Assembly: GCA_964016885.1 (NCBI GenBank) | Contig: OZ024742.1 | Span: 152,086,001 to 152,150,000, forward strand | DNA from: Eledone cirrhosa | Taxonomy: Eukaryota | DNA: 64,000 bases | Direction of reading: 5' to 3' | Part shown: piece by piece, positions 43,935 through 58,034 of the stretch | How the letters are laid out: the number at the start of each line of letters is the position of its first letter | Numbering within the stretch: position 1 is the first letter of the stretch | Made by a program: the position numbers and the translations under genes | The notes under the pieces: model-generated | The model's database searches: none | Told to the model about the DNA's origin: nothing | Seen by the model: only the letters and a program-made list of their open reading frames with translations

Positions 43935-46900
43935 AAAAAGAAACCCCAAAAACGTAAAGAAAATAAGAATGAAGAGAGAAGCAGGCGGACGGACAGAGAA
44001 GAGGGGGGAAAAAGTAAAACTTAAAAAACAAAAACTAAGTCAGACATTCGAATACTACATTACAATGAAACTTATGCTTATTCATTTTTGGGGCCCTTTC
44101 TGCCCGTGTGTTTGTTTGTTTATGTGTGTCCGTATACAGCGTGGTGATAATGCCACACAAGGGCCAAGTGGGATGGCGGATCCACAGATGGCTATGTAAA
44201 CATACATTCGCCAATCCTCGATAAGAGTGTTTAAATATCGAACATAAACAGTTCGAATAACGGTGAAATGGAGACTAGAACGTCATGTGACAGACTCTCA
44301 CCCAACAGGTGCCCCCTGGCTCAGCAGCAGGAACCTGACTGTCAACCAAATACTGCTGATGTTGGAGGAAGAAGAAGAAGGAAAGGGGCCAGAACCAACT
44401 GGACGAAAGAATTGAATAGAACTGTTATGCAATGCTACCTGAAAAGTAACCCCAAGGAGAGGGGCTACAGGAGACGGATGCATAACATCTGGAACGAGAT
44501 TGGTTTATTTAAATTAGATGAACAAAAATTGGCCGGGCAGGCTCGGGTAATAAGAACTAATGGGTGGATAAGCGAGCTGGAACTGGAGGAACTGAGCAGA
44601 GAGAATGGCTTGGAGATGGCGGGTGTAGTATGCCAGACAAGCGAGCCGGCGGGAAATGAAGGTGAGGAGGTCCTGAGAACGGAGGAACCACCCGAAGCAG
44701 ACAATGATCTGAATACTGAGATAAATAATACCTGGAACAGAGATACGGCCACTGAGGAGATGAATGCTGACGGGCTAGGACAAGATTCGGTTGACATCCT
44801 AAATTTAGTGGTAGATGAGTTGAACAATGATAGTGGGAGACCTATGAACCTAAGATTTGTAGACAGGAAAAAGTTAAAAGAAACAACAGCTAAGGTAAAC
44901 AAAGTCATCCCATACCTTGAGGCGAGGAGTCTTCACCAGTGCAACAATATCCTCAAAGCAACAGCAAATACGGTGAGGAAACTACTTGGTATAAAAGCGA
45001 GAGGAAACAACAGACAAGAAAGAGCAGAGCCGTGGTGGAAGAAGCGACTGAGTGGGCAAATCGGGGAAATGAGAAATGACATAGGAAAGCTTGAGTCACT
45101 ACTGAATGGGACACTAAAAAACATAGGCACTAAAAATAGACTGGAAATAAAATACAAAACTAGGAGTAAAAAGCTAAATATTATCATAGAGGAATTGAAG
45201 CAACGCATTGTAGCAAAGAGTGCCAAAATCAGGCGATACGAGAACAGAGTCAGTCAGTATAAACAGAACCGCATGTTCGACAACAACCAGAAGATGCTGT
45301 TTGGACAGCTTGAGGGGAAAGAAAGAGGCAACGACTTGATCCCTGGGGCGGAACAAGCTAAAACATTCTGGAGAGGAATATGGGAGCAGGATGTTAGACA
45401 CAATGCCCAGGCAGGGTGGATTGAGACAGTACAGAGGGAGATCGGTGAGCAGGCACAGCAACAGACTGATTTGAGTATCACAGTTGAAACTCTTAAGGGG
45501 CAAGCCAAAAAACTAACCAACTGGAAATCACCAGGCCCAGATGGTGTGCAGGGGTATTGGATTAAACATTTAACATCCCTCCACCCGAAGCTGACGGCCA
45601 TGTTCAATGACTGCTTGGTGTCGGGTGAGGTGCCAGAGTGGTTGACAAAAGGTACCACAGTTCTGATAATGAAAGACCGAATCAAGGGTAATGATGTTAC
45701 CAACTATAGACCTATCACATGTCTGCCCGTAATGTGGAAACTGTTGACGAGCATTGTGTCTGAGGAAATCTACCATCACCTCCACACAAACAACTTGTTG
45801 CCGAACGAACAGAAAGGATGCCGAAAGAAGTCACGTGGTACAAAGGACCAGTTGCTTATTGATAAGATGGTAATGGGGAATTGCAGGAGGAGACACACTG
45901 ATCTTGCCATGGGATGGATAGACTACAGAAAGGCATTTGACATGGTGCCTCATTCCTGGATCACCAAAAGCCTGGAGATCTTCAGGGTGGCAGATAACAT
46001 CAGACAGTTGCTGGGCAGGAGTATGGGGTCCTGGGAGACAGAGTTGACATCAACTGGAGTATCCTTGGGAAGCGTGAAGATCAAGAGAGGTATCTTCCAG
46101 GGAGATAGCCTGTCCCCTCTGTTGTTTGTCCTTGCCCTGATGCCCTTGACCATTATGCTGCGAAAAGTGAGAGCAGGATACAAGTTGGGAAGGGGAGAGC
46201 TTACCATCAATCACCTCCTCTTCATGGACGATCTTAAGCTCTTCGGGAAAAGTGAGAAGGAGTTGGATGTGCTTGTTGACACTGTCCGTATTTTCAGCAG
46301 TGATATATGTATGCAGTTTGGTATTGGTAAATGTGGAGTCATTGTGATGAGGAGGGGTAGGTTGAGCAGAAGTAACGGGATCCAGATACCAACAGGTGAG
46401 ATGATAAAGGAAATTGACTCTGAGGAAGGATACAAGTATTTGGGCGTTCTGGAGGCTGATGGCATAAAGAACAAAAAAATGAAGGAATTGTTAAGAACTG
46501 AATACATTCGGAGAGTAAGGAGCGTATTGAAGTCACATCTGAACAGCAGAAATGCCATAAGCGCAGTAAATTCCCGAGCTGTGTCTATTATTAGGTACAG
46601 TGCGGGAATTCTGAGATGGAATGTTGCTGAACAAAAAGAAATGGATAGGAAGACTAGGAAGCTATTGACTATCTACAACATGTTCCACAAGAGGAGTGAT
46701 GTCGATAGACTCTACCTAAGGAGATCTGAGGGTGGAAGAGGTCTTATCAGCATAGAGGACTGTGTTCAGATGGAGAAAAACAACCTATACAAATACGTGA
46801 CCTATAGTAAGGAGCCAATGCTCAGAGCTGTACTGAAGGAGGGGACAGTAGGCCAGGGGATATCCAAGGAGGAAATAACATCAAGGAGGAAGAGCAGCCT

Positions 46901-47780
46901 TAAGGGAAAATCCCTTCATAGTACCTTCTTTGAGAAAACTGAATTTAGAGATCCACAGACATGGAACTGGTTGAGAAGAGGAGACCTCAAAAAGGCTACA
47001 GAAGGAATGCTAATGGCTGCGCAGGAGCAGGCCCTCAAAACGAAGTGGTTGAAGCACCATATCTACAAGGAGGAGGCTAGCCCACTGTGCAGGATCTGTG
47101 GAGAGAGAGAGGAGACTGTGGCTCACATTGTGTCCGAGTGTAAACACCTAGCCCAGACCCACTATAAGGGCTGGAGACACGATGTGATGGGCAGGGTGAT
47201 CCACTGGCACCTGTGCAAAGTAAACAATCTACCACATTCTGAGAAATGGTATGAGCATAGGCCAGAGGCGGTGATGGAGAACAGTCAGGTGAAGGTGCTG
47301 TGGGATTTTAGGATACAGACGGACAAAAAACTGGAACACAATAGACCTGAACTGGTGGTTGTGGACAAAGAAAAAAGATCGTGCCTGATTGTGGATGTGG
47401 CCTGCCCGTTCGACACGAGAGTGCAAGAGAAGGAGAGGGAGAAAATTAACCGATACCAGGACCTAAAGTGGGAGGTGAAAAGGATTTGGAACTGCCATGA
47501 AGTCAAAGTGATCCCGATTGTCATAGGCGCACTGGGGACTATCTCCAAAGGTTTCCAGGGATGGTTAAAGAAAATCGGCCCCTTCACGCTTTTTGGAACG
47601 CTTCAAAAGGCATGCTTGCTTGGAACGGCAAGAACCCTCCGATACGTCCTGAATATCTGAGGCTGCAGGTAGTGGCTTGATATTCAATCCAACGGACTTT
47701 CCAGTTAACCAACATCAATGACTGAGATTCAAGGAATAACAATAACAATAATAACAACAATGATAATAATAATAATAATA
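43935..47780 (+). mobile_element. R4/Dong-type non-LTR retrotransposon, copy 1
   Basis: About 330-nt 5'UTR, single ORF, ~75-nt 3'UTR, then an (AAT/AAC)n tail. Near-identical to 58610-62440. Confidence 0.93.
44268..47660 (+). CDS. Reverse transcriptase / restriction-like endonuclease polyprotein (1130 aa)
   Basis: NYRPITCL, QKG, WIDYRKAFD, GIFQGDSLSP, LFMDD, CRICGEREETVAHIVSEC knuckle, RHD, RPE...DVACP...EK..RY. Confidence 0.95.
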   Translation: METRTSCDRLSPNRCPLAQQQEPDCQPNTADVGGRRRRKGARTNWTKELNRTVMQCYLKSNPKERGYRRRMHNIWNEIGLFKLDEQKLAGQARVIRTNGWISELELEELSRENGLEMAGVVCQTSEPAGNEGEEVLRTEEPPEADNDLNTEINNTWNRDTATEEMNADGLGQDSVDILNLVVDELNNDSGRPMNLRFVDRKKLKETTAKVNKVIPYLEARSLHQCNNILKATANTVRKLLGIKARGNNRQERAEPWWKKRLSGQIGEMRNDIGKLESLLNGTLKNIGTKNRLEIKYKTRSKKLNIIIEELKQRIVAKSAKIRRYENRVSQYKQNRMFDNNQKMLFGQLEGKERGNDLIPGAEQAKTFWRGIWEQDVRHNAQAGWIETVQREIGEQAQQQTDLSITVETLKGQAKKLTNWKSPGPDGVQGYWIKHLTSLHPKLTAMFNDCLVSGEVPEWLTKGTTVLIMKDRIKGNDVTNYRPITCLPVMWKLLTSIVSEEIYHHLHTNNLLPNEQKGCRKKSRGTKDQLLIDKMVMGNCRRRHTDLAMGWIDYRKAFDMVPHSWITKSLEIFRVADNIRQLLGRSMGSWETELTSTGVSLGSVKIKRGIFQGDSLSPLLFVLALMPLTIMLRKVRAGYKLGRGELTINHLLFMDDLKLFGKSEKELDVLVDTVRIFSSDICMQFGIGKCGVIVMRRGRLSRSNGIQIPTGEMIKEIDSEEGYKYLGVLEADGIKNKKMKELLRTEYIRRVRSVLKSHLNSRNAISAVNSRAVSIIRYSAGILRWNVAEQKEMDRKTRKLLTIYNMFHKRSDVDRLYLRRSEGGRGLISIEDCVQMEKNNLYKYVTYSKEPMLRAVLKEGTVGQGISKEEITSRRKSSLKGKSLHSTFFEKTEFRDPQTWNWLRRGDLKKATEGMLMAAQEQALKTKWLKHHIYKEEASPLCRICGEREETVAHIVSECKHLAQTHYKGWRHDVMGRVIHWHLCKVNNLPHSEKWYEHRPEAVMENSQVKVLWDFRIQTDKKLEHNRPELVVVDKEKRSCLIVDVACPFDTRVQEKEREKINRYQDLKWEVKRIWNCHEVKVIPIVIGALGTISKGFQGWLKKIGPFTLFGTLQKACLLGTARTLRYVLNI

Positions 47781-48132
47781 GTACACTTAATAATTATTAA
47801 TGCACTCGTGCAATGCCTGTGCGTGACGAATATTTTTAAAGTGAGGAAAGACTGTGCACTGAGCCAATCCCACTCACTGAGCGACAGTAGCTATAATCCG
47901 AAAAGAAGAAAAGATCAACATCATCGGTAACTACTGAGCCGCAGGTTTTATGTCGGAGTTAACCCAGTTTCCTGAGATGCCTTCTCCTAGAAGAATGCCC
48001 TGACAAGGGCTAGGGGTTCTTCACTCCTAGTGGTTTAATTGCGCGATCGGGCATCCAGCCCGATTATTTCTATGTCCCCGCGCGAAAAAAAAGAAAAAAT
48101 CACTTATTGACACTTATACGTACGACACACAC

Positions 48133-48323
<191 letters not shown>

Positions 48324-48480
48324 TATATATATATATATTCTATATATATTTTTTGTATAGTGGTATCTATGGTGCTTCCGTAGTTGGTATGCCAAAATTA
48401 GCACTCGATATTCACAGAGTAGAGTGTAGATATTATCAAGAAAACGAAAAATCAGTGATGCATCTGGACTTAGTTTATTT

Positions 48481-48570
48481 CGTGTTACAAATGTTTCGCC
48501 GGCATGTAGCTCGAGTCATGTCCTTGTATGGATCTCGCTGATTCTACTTCTGCGGGTTCTTTCAGACACG
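48481..48570 (-). ncRNA. Degenerate hammerhead-like motif
   Basis: cgtgt-CTGAAAGA...-GAAA-catttg-TA-acacg. The core has an extra base. Confidence 0.4.
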
Positions 48571-48989
48571 GGTGTTATGTCCGGAGCAAATTTTATCACT
48601 GGGGTGTTGTCATCAAAACAACACCCTAAAAAAACCCTCTATCCACTCTGACATGCCATTGGCTGTTCCTACTCCACGTCATCACAAGTTCTGGTCAGTA
48701 TCTGCCACCACACGGTTCATCAACCATTTTCCGTCCGACGGATTTCAATGGAGTCATGCTGGGTTAAGTACTTCACACGTCTGCTCACACTTCAGGGTAA
48801 GCACCCACACATACTACAATAAACACATAATAACACACACATATTCAGTCACATACCTATCTATGCATTCACACTCATACGTCTACATGCGCAGACACCC
48901 ACACGGCCACATACATACATCGTAGTATATATACTCACACACCATCTCTCCCTAACTCTCATATATTCTATATATATATATACATATAT

Positions 48990-50020
48990 TAATGTTAATT
49001 CTAACCACCCCCAAAACATCACTGATAACTTAGTAAAAAGCGTCTCTATTAGAATATCTGGCCTCTCTGCCAATGAAGATATTTTTAACGCCTCTGCCTC
49101 CTACTACATTGACGCCCTCGCCCGCAGCGGATTTAAAGAAAAGATAACATACCTAGAAACCACCGCAAGACTGCATAGGAGGAATAGGCATAGGCAGATT
49201 AGCTGGTACATTCCTCCCTTCAATAGATAGGTCTCCACACCTATAGCTAGGATTTTCTCCACTTTGCTGAGCAAACACTTCCCCATACAAAATAGGTACT
49301 ACACCATCTTTAATAAGAACACAATAAGACTATCCTACTCCGCCACACCTAACCTAGCTAGGAATATAGCCAATGACTCTAAAAAATTAAATAAGCCAAC
49401 CAACTCCGAACCCAATCCCCGGACTGGGGCCTTGTGTAATTGCCTAAATAAGGAAGCCTGCCCACTTAAAACAAATGCCTGACAAATTATATCGTATACA
49501 AATGCGATGTCATCTCAGCCACCGATGATTGCAACAACAAAAAGACTTACATCAGCATGACTTCCAATAACTTTAAGACCCGGTGGTATGCCCATACACA
49601 CACATTCAGAAGACCGGACAAATCAAACCAGACAACACTCGCCTCCTATGTTTGGGACCTGAAAAGGAACTCCACCCCCTTCATGCTTAAATGAAAAATA
49701 CTCCAGAAGCTCGTTCATACTACGGAGGACACAAGTGCTGCGACCTTTGTATCTCAGAGAGCTACGAAATTTTATTCGCCAAGAGCCCGCTACTGAACAA
49801 ACTCTCTGAACACTGCCCGAACTGCATGCACAAAAACTTTGCAACTCTCAAATACATTAAGCCAGTGTTAATGCCCGATGGCTAACCCCCCCGCCAGCCG
49901 ATAAAATAGGCCCTCTACATCCTTCCCACCCACCCATAGAACTCCTCAACCAGAAACACTGCACTATAGTTATGTAAGTACCCCTTACCTATCTGCATTT
50001 TCTGCTTGTAGAGCTGTTTT
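48990..50020 (+). pseudogene. Naiad-type Penelope-like RT C-terminus and GIY-YIG remnant
   Basis: SNHP...SIRISGLSANEDIF...WYIPPFN...KHFP...IFNKNTIRLSYS...CNCLNKEACPL...IVYKC...YISMT...FKTRWYAH...TTLASYVW...CDLCISE. Confidence 0.85.
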
Positions 50021-50156
50021 TATGTGCCTGTGTATATGCGTATATTTATGAGTACATGTTTGTATGTATTTGTATGAGTGGCCGTTCGTTTGTATGTATA
50101 TCGCTGTGTGTACGAGCGTACACATGTACCTGCATATGGGCATGTTTCTGTATGTT

Positions 50157-50213
<57 letters not shown>

Positions 50214-50246
50214 ATATATATGTATGTATATATATGTTTGTGTATG

Positions 50247-50311
<65 letters not shown>

Positions 50312-50314
50312 CTA

Positions 50315-50383
<69 letters not shown>

Positions 50384-50458
50384 ATATTTATGTATATATA
50401 AATATATATATATATGTATGTGTGTGTGTGTGTATGTATATATGTATATGTATATATG

Positions 50459-50620
50459 TGTAGAGGGTCGGACGCCATGCTTTCCAGCATAGTTACGTCC
50501 CTTTGCCATCTGAGTTCAAATCCCGCCGAGGTTGACTTTGCCTTTCATCCATACGGGGTCGATAAAATAAGTACCAGTAATGCACTGGGTAATTGCTGGC
50601 CTTGTGCCTAAAATAGAGAC

Positions 50621-50622
<2 letters not shown>
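50459..50622 (+). mobile_element. SINE family A, 5'-truncated
   Basis: Matches 32835-33000. Confidence 0.88.
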
Positions 50623-50682
<60 letters not shown>

Positions 50683-50758
50683 TTATGTATATGTATATGT
50701 ATATGTATATATAGTGACGAAACATAAGTCAATTGCATGAACTCATAATCCTATATTT

Positions 50759-50814
50759 ACTGCTATATATATTTCGATGATAGCCATTGAAGGGCTATGA
50801 TATCATCAGGCAGT
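50759..50814 (-). ncRNA. Type I hammerhead ribozyme (predicted)
   Basis: actgc-CTGATGA-tatc atagcc cttcaat ggctat catc-GAAA-tatata-TA-gcagt. Confidence 0.78.
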
Positions 50815-51272
50815 TAGTCAGTTCTTAGATATGCCAGCTCTGTGTTTATGGTGTTGATGGTATCAGAGCCTTGGGACATATGAGCTTGTTAGGGATAATT
50901 TAATGTTGTCAGTAGGAATAATCTTAATTCTCATTGGTCAATTTGTAGATTCTAGTAGGGTTGGTTTTGACCTCAAAGAGGCAGGTGGTGTTGTAAAGTT
51001 CAAACCGCCAGGCAAGATGACAATAGTTCCATATGACTGATTTTTACAAAAAGCATTCCTGGTCAGATATATATTCAATTGAGATTTATAGTATGAAATT
51101 CGATACTACAGGTCATACTTAAGTTGAGGAATTTATGTGGGGTGGTACTACTGAAAATTATGGTTAGAGTAGAATACTAGAAAATTTACATATAAAAAGA
51201 CTTATGTTGGTTGACTTGCACATACACTCACACCCACAAACACACACACACAGACACACACACACATACACA

Positions 51273-51340
<68 letters not shown>

Positions 51341-51350
51341 AACCAGTAAG

Positions 51351-51444
51351 ACCCCGACAGCTGAGCTCAAGCCGTTTCGACGGCTAATTCTGGACTAAAT
51401 GAAAATTTATCCTGGTATTTAAATAGCCGATCTTCTCAAGGGGT
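51351..51444 (-). ncRNA. Hammerhead ribozyme, U3-A8 core (predicted)
   Basis: Exact mirror of 52078-52171. Confidence 0.75.
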
Positions 51445-52077
51445 AATTCCATATATGGTCAAAGTGATTGTCAAAAATCAGTAGTAATTCTGTGGTTGCA
51501 AATTAGTAGGGGAGATGGTGGCTAAACCTGCCAGTAGGAGAAAGAGGGGAGGGGGTGGAGTAGACCCAATCAAGCGTTGGTAGTGCCAGCTACAGCTGGG
51601 CATGAGGTCAAAGAAGATACAGGGGAGGGGGAGGGGGAGGAAGTCGGAACGGTAGGTAGAACAAGGGGGGTAGAAATAGGAAAGAAAAAAAAAAAATACT
51701 GAGAGTGAAGAAAGGCAAATAAGTGTAAAGAAAAGTAAAGTAAATTAAATTCTACGACCTAGGTGTCAGGCTATTGTTAGGCGAGAATAAAATAAAGAAA
51801 GAAAGAAAGAAGTAAAAAAATAAATAAATGAATAAATAAGGAAATAAGTAAGAGAACTAGGTGGGACGGATAAGGCAAGGACCCTTTTAAGAGGTATAAG
51901 TACGTAAATGATACGGTGACGGGTCAACAAAAGGGGCCAAAATACTAAAGAGACTACCACGAAATAAACAATAAAGGTTTCCATCCCGGGCCAGCAACGA
52001 CCCAATTTGCAACCACTAATTTGCAACCACAGAATTACTACTGATTTTTGACAATCACTTTGACCATATATGGAATT

Positions 52078-52171
52078 ACCCCTTGAGAAGATCGGCTATT
52101 TAAATACCAGGATAAATTTTCATTTAGTCCAGAATTAGCCGTCGAAACGGCTTGAGCTCAGCTGTCGGGGT
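52078..52171 (+). ncRNA. Hammerhead ribozyme, U3-A8 core (predicted)
   Basis: acccc-TTGAGAA-ga(t)cggcta...tagccgtc-GAAA-cggc t tgagctca gctg-TC-ggggt. GUC site after 52166. Confidence 0.75.
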
Positions 52172-52262
52172 CTTACTGGTTCCTATTACCCACTCTACTA
52201 CCTCAAGTATTGAGTACTTTGGTGCGTTATGGTCCACCTGGTTCCTTACCACATTTCCTTCG

Positions 52263-52302
<40 letters not shown>

Positions 52303-52402
52303 ACATGTATGTCTGTGTGTGTGTATGTGGACACCACAACATACCGTGGATATCTCTGTGTATATACATATATATGTGTGTGTATGTATGTATATGTGGA
52401 TA

Positions 52403-52445
<43 letters not shown>

Positions 52446-52805
52446 ATGTGTATATATATATATATATATTAGTATATGTACATATATATGTGTGTATATA
52501 TATATATATATGTGTGTGTATATGTGTGTATGTATATGTATATATATATATATGTATATATGTATATGTATGTGTATATGTATGTATATATATATATATC
52601 TGTGTATATGTATATATATGTGTATATGTATATATATATATATATGTATATGTGTATATATGTGTATGTATATGTATATGTGTATATATGTATATATATA
52701 TGTATATATATATATGTATATATATATTTAAAAATTAAACAATGTTAATACCATGACTGAATCTTAACCATCTACTATGTCAGGGTATGTCATGCATGAT
52801 CTTAA

Positions 52806-52866
52806 TTTATCTGATGAGGGCGTACTGTTGAAGTTAACTCAGGACCTCTGAAATATGTATAATAAA
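52806..52866 (+). ncRNA. Type I hammerhead ribozyme (predicted)
   Basis: tttat-CTGATGA-ggg...ctct-GAAA-tatgta-TA-ataaa, in a ~180-bp island between TA-rich tracts. Confidence 0.65.
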
Positions 52867-52998
52867 ATATACTTGATCGCAAGAATATCTATTTTGTTAA
52901 TATTTGAATTAATATGTATATATATATATGTGTATATATGTATGTATATATGAATGTATATATATGCGTATCTGTGTATATGTTGGTATATATATATC

Positions 52999-53061
<63 letters not shown>

Positions 53062-53188
53062 GTATGTATATATGTATGTGTGTGTGTATGTATATATATA
53101 TATATATGTGTATGTGTTTATGTATTTTGTATATGTGTATTTCTGTAGATGTGTTTGTATATGTTTATATATGTGTATATTTATATGC

Positions 53189-53280
<92 letters not shown>

Positions 53281-53299
53281 ATATACACACACACACACA

Positions 53300-53393
53300 C
53301 GTCAAATCGGACCGAGGAAACAATGTTTCCGTTGGTCTTTCCAATCGCTAATACTATCTATCAGTCGCAAATCCAGGTAGAAGGAGCAACGTG

Positions 53394-53397
<4 letters not shown>
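53300..53397 (-). mobile_element. SINE family B 3' fragment
   Basis: Matches 38040-38136. Confidence 0.8.
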
Positions 53398-53455
<58 letters not shown>

Positions 53456-53857
53456 GGTATAGAAAGTATTGTAGCCAGAAGCCAGCAGTATTCCATAATA
53501 TATAAGTGACTATAGCGTCAAAATGGGAAAATAGTTAACGTAAGATGTGGGAAAAATAATTCAAACTCAATTCAAAAAGAATCAGGATATAGATTTATCC
53601 AACAGAATTTAGTGAAATCCAGGGAAAAAATCAATAGAGCCTTAACTCATGATAAAAAAAAGTTTAAAATACTCATCCTTCAATTTGGGACAACTACAAA
53701 TGCTCTGTATAGTCTTGAAAAAGACTATTTCACGCAAACATTCAGTGGAGATGGTCACGGTTGGAATACGATCCTCAGCAGAGGATATATATATATATAT
53801 ATACATACACACATACATACGTTCATGCATACACATACATACATATATGTATATACA

Positions 53858-53922
<65 letters not shown>

Positions 53923-53929
53923 AGCATAG

Positions 53930-54017
<88 letters not shown>

Positions 54018-54904
54018 CTAAGTGCGAACCACCATACTTCCAATGATGACCTGAAAATAATTTTCAATTAATTAAAATTACAATCTAACGAGAAAAATCT
54101 CATTAGCGTTAATGAAATGTTATTCTTGGAATGGTCAAGAGAGAAAGAATCCCTCAATTTCAATCAACCAAAAAATAATTTTAATGGAAACATGTAGTGC
54201 GTGTGTGGCGTAAGTCTGCTCTACCCGTATGTTTCCATTAATATGAATTTTTGGCTGATTGAAATTTAAAGATTTCTCTCCCTTAATATTCCGGGAATAA
54301 ATCTCCATTAATGACTTTTCTTTCATGAGGATAAAATTTGAATTAATTGAACATTCTCTTCTGTTTACTACACCATGTATGATAATTTGAATTTAAGTGT
54401 ATGCTATTCATGGAAAATACACCAGTCCCGAAATTTTCAAAGCCATAGCTTTTAAGATATTTGTCTAATTAATGAATGTTTTTCACATTGAAAAACCATG
54501 TCTGTTTTCCGTATGACTTACCACTCACATTAAGGTTGAAGACTTGTTGAAACATCTCAGGTTATTGTAACGTAACTACAAGGATTTCGTGTTCTTCTGT
54601 TTGTACAGTAGAGATATAGATTTCAATCAAGTTGTTTGCTGCTTGCTTAGCTGACCATTCTGTCTTTCCCTCCGTGGAAGTAGGATGATAATATTCAATG
54701 GTTGTTTAGTGCCAGCTTGCTTGGAATCAGATGATTAGGTTAAATGTATTTCTTTATATCTAATGATACGTCTTTGGAAAAAAACTCATTCCGGTTGTTT
54801 GAAGTTCTACGGAATTTTCAGCATTTGCATAAAACCAAATTTGAGGGATTGAATATATGCTTCATATAAATCTTTGCTACGGTTGAAACTACATTTTATA
54901 CATT

Positions 54905-55935
54905 GTCACCCTCTCACAGATCGCCTCGGTGAACTCGATGCCACCATCCGACGTTGTCCGAACGTATCTGCAATACTAGTATCTATAGCACCGGCTGTCA
55001 AGAGACGAAGCTCGCTATGAGGTTCGGTGGCCTCAGCCTCCGATCAGTATCAGATCTAGCATTGCTGGCCTACATTCTCCTCAATTTCCCTCAAGCGTTC
55101 ACTCATCAGCGAGATCCCCAGAAAAACGGCAAAATCTGAGGTGGCTCAAGAATTTGAATTAGCTCTAGCTGAGAGGACCGGCACATGATTCTCCATTCCC
55201 CAGTATACACATCTCCTACGTAACTGTGACCAATGATGTGCAGATCTACCTTTAGACGGATCGAGTCTGGTTTGGACAAACACCGCCTTGCCTAACGCCG
55301 TTCCCTTTTGCAGCCAAACAATGGCATGTAGTTCAATTCGGTGCTCTCTTCATTAACCAGTACCCTATTATATGACGAGTGCACTTGCATCGGAGTGGCC
55401 TAAAGTCCCGGCTTCCGCGTGTGTGAGCCACACAAATGCTGTTGTGGAGCTGTGGTTAACGAGTTCGGCCTACATCAGCCTATCAAGCTGCCATAGCAGA
55501 GGCTGGATCCCTCGACATACTGCTTTGAACGAGAAGGAGACTAGACACAGCCGGCTTTCCGTTACAACTGGAACCAAAAGGGCTCGACCTTAGAGAAAGC
55601 AAGCGCACTGACAGATTTACTCTCTTGCCATTCGAGGGAGATAAATTACTTATCTTGGACGCGACATACAATAACATGTTCTCCGCCTCCAGACTAGTCG
55701 TTTTGGCCCTAAACCTCAGTACTGTGACCGGCAATGCAGAGAACAGGCAGATACGGGGATTGTCCAGCCGCTTCCACTTTGCTCTAGTCGCCTTCGTGAT
55801 TCCAGGCGTCCTCGGTCCCCTTGCAGCTGACCTTTTCCGTAAAATGCGAATGACAGCAGCCCGTGTGAAGAAGGAGCCCCGCTGGGAGGTGCGGCTGATG
55901 TAGCCGGTGTCACTGGCTATTGGTGTAAGGTCTGT
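54905..55935 (+). pseudogene. Decayed CRE-like non-LTR retrotransposon 3' part
   Basis: LAMRFGGLSLR, VCEPHKCCCGAVVNEFGLH..SC...PRHTALN, LEPKGL...TDRFTLLPFEGDKLLILDATY, FVIPGVLGPLA (REL-like). Confidence 0.65.
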
Positions 55936-56278
55936 CACCATTTCCCCTTTCTCCTTTATTTTGTTGCTTTATAATCCTTCTCCAGTTTCAGCTAGTATAT
56001 AGCAAACCTCTAAGGAAAACGACATGAACTGGAAGTATCGTATCTAGTACTTACTATATAAATTCTTGACAGAGTTTTCGAAGTTTCGCTAATCGTGGCT
56101 TATTGAAACACACACACGCACACATACACATATGCACATTGCACGCACCATCAATATGTATATGTTTATATATATATATATAAACGTACATATATATATA
56201 TATGTGTGCATGTATGTATATATATATATATACATACTACTGTACGTCTGTATACATATATGTATGTACGTATACATA

Positions 56279-56337
<59 letters not shown>

Positions 56338-56495
56338 AATATAGAAGTAATATATCATATACATTCAAAGGAGAAGATATTATGATATATTACGCTAGAA
56401 GCCTTAATCCAAAGCACGCATGTGGTCGCCTTATTTGGATGAAACGATTTGTAAGGAATAAATAATGTTGATAAGTGCCATTTGATTTTCCATCA

Positions 56496-56849
<354 letters not shown>

Positions 56850-57601
56850 TACATACATACGCCTCAGTGGAGTAAACATCATATTTATCAGTTCCCTTGT
56901 CTTTTAGCTTGTATTATATATTAGTAACATGTGCTGGAGTAAGATTTTATTTCACGTTACTGCAATGCACTCATCTGACAAGAAACTCTATCGCAAAGCA
57001 CGAAGGACCAGCTTTACTTCATATGGTACCAAGCTTAATCTCACTAGGATCTACTTTATGTGTGTCTGTAGAATGCATATATATTAATTTCCCGAGCAGG
57101 TTCTAACGTTTATTATGTCGACTGGAGCACAAGTTGTTGAAAACCACTCAGCTCCAACAAAAAACAATGCACACACGCACACGCAAATATATATATATAT
57201 AAGAGACTGTATAGTCTCACATCCTGTCACTGTATATATATGGTGTACACATATTCCTCCACACATACACACACACTTGTATATATATATATATATTAGA
57301 AAAAGCGAGGAAGTTTTTCATTGTGCTTTGAACAAACGGATGACGACCGGTCACCGGCACGACACAACTTCTAATCGGGCTCGCTTGTTTACAAAGAATC
57401 GAACATTATTATTAAATTTCGATATAACCCATACGTACATATGTATGTATAGATATATATGTGTGTGTGTACGTATGCCTACTTACTTTTATGCATTAGC
57501 TGTGCTAGAGCGAGAAGTGATATATATATATAATTTTTTTCTGCTAAATATTTATACTCTGCTATGTGTTTAACCCCGATTGAAATCGGGATAAACTATG
57601 T

Positions 57602-58034
57602 ATAGAAATATCGTATTTCTAAAGAAACAGGGCTTTAGGAATTCGTAGCTATACAAAAATTGGGGATAACGCACTCTGGTGGTCTCCAGCAGAAGCAAGG
57701 GAGACAACCGTCTATGCATTTCAGGCTTGACTGGCCTTTATCCGGACAGTCCCTCCCACCGCTTGCAACTGATGCACTTGAAAACAGTCGAAAATATATA
57801 GTTTTCTCGTCTGTGTAAATGAGGTGATTAATCTCATTTGCATATCAAGCTGCATCAGTTGGCTCAACTTATAATAGAAAAGAAATAAGATTTCGCTTCA
57901 ATCATAGCTTTATACAGATATATATAGAAATTTCGTATTTTTAAAGAAATACGATTTTAAGAAGCCGTAGCTATGCAAACACCGGGGCTAACGCCCTCTG
58001 GTGGTGTCCAGCAGAAGCAAATGGGACAACCGTC

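Larger units (their letters stand above)
51337..52264 (+). mobile_element. Fold-back pLTR module of the 12571-14922 Naiad family
   Basis: Arms 51337-51507/52015-52185 are essentially perfect, with an 80-nt tail on the right arm. (TA)n flanks. Confidence 0.85.

Noticed and set aside
43969-44199. 76-aa upstream ORF present in both Dong copies
   Set aside because: Conservation is expected from ~98% nucleotide identity, and there are no recognisable motifs.
44298-47587. Antisense ORFs within the Dong and RTE coding regions
   Set aside because: Shadow frames of long purine-rich ORFs.
49690-49696. In-frame TGA as selenocysteine in a Naiad-type ORF
   Set aside because: It aligns with a conserved Trp (TGG to TGA), not Cys. 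The conserved cysteines here use TGY codons.
53600-53785. Possible Tc1/mariner fragment (DKKKFK..., SRKHS..MVTVG)
   Set aside because: Too short and degenerate to support by eye.
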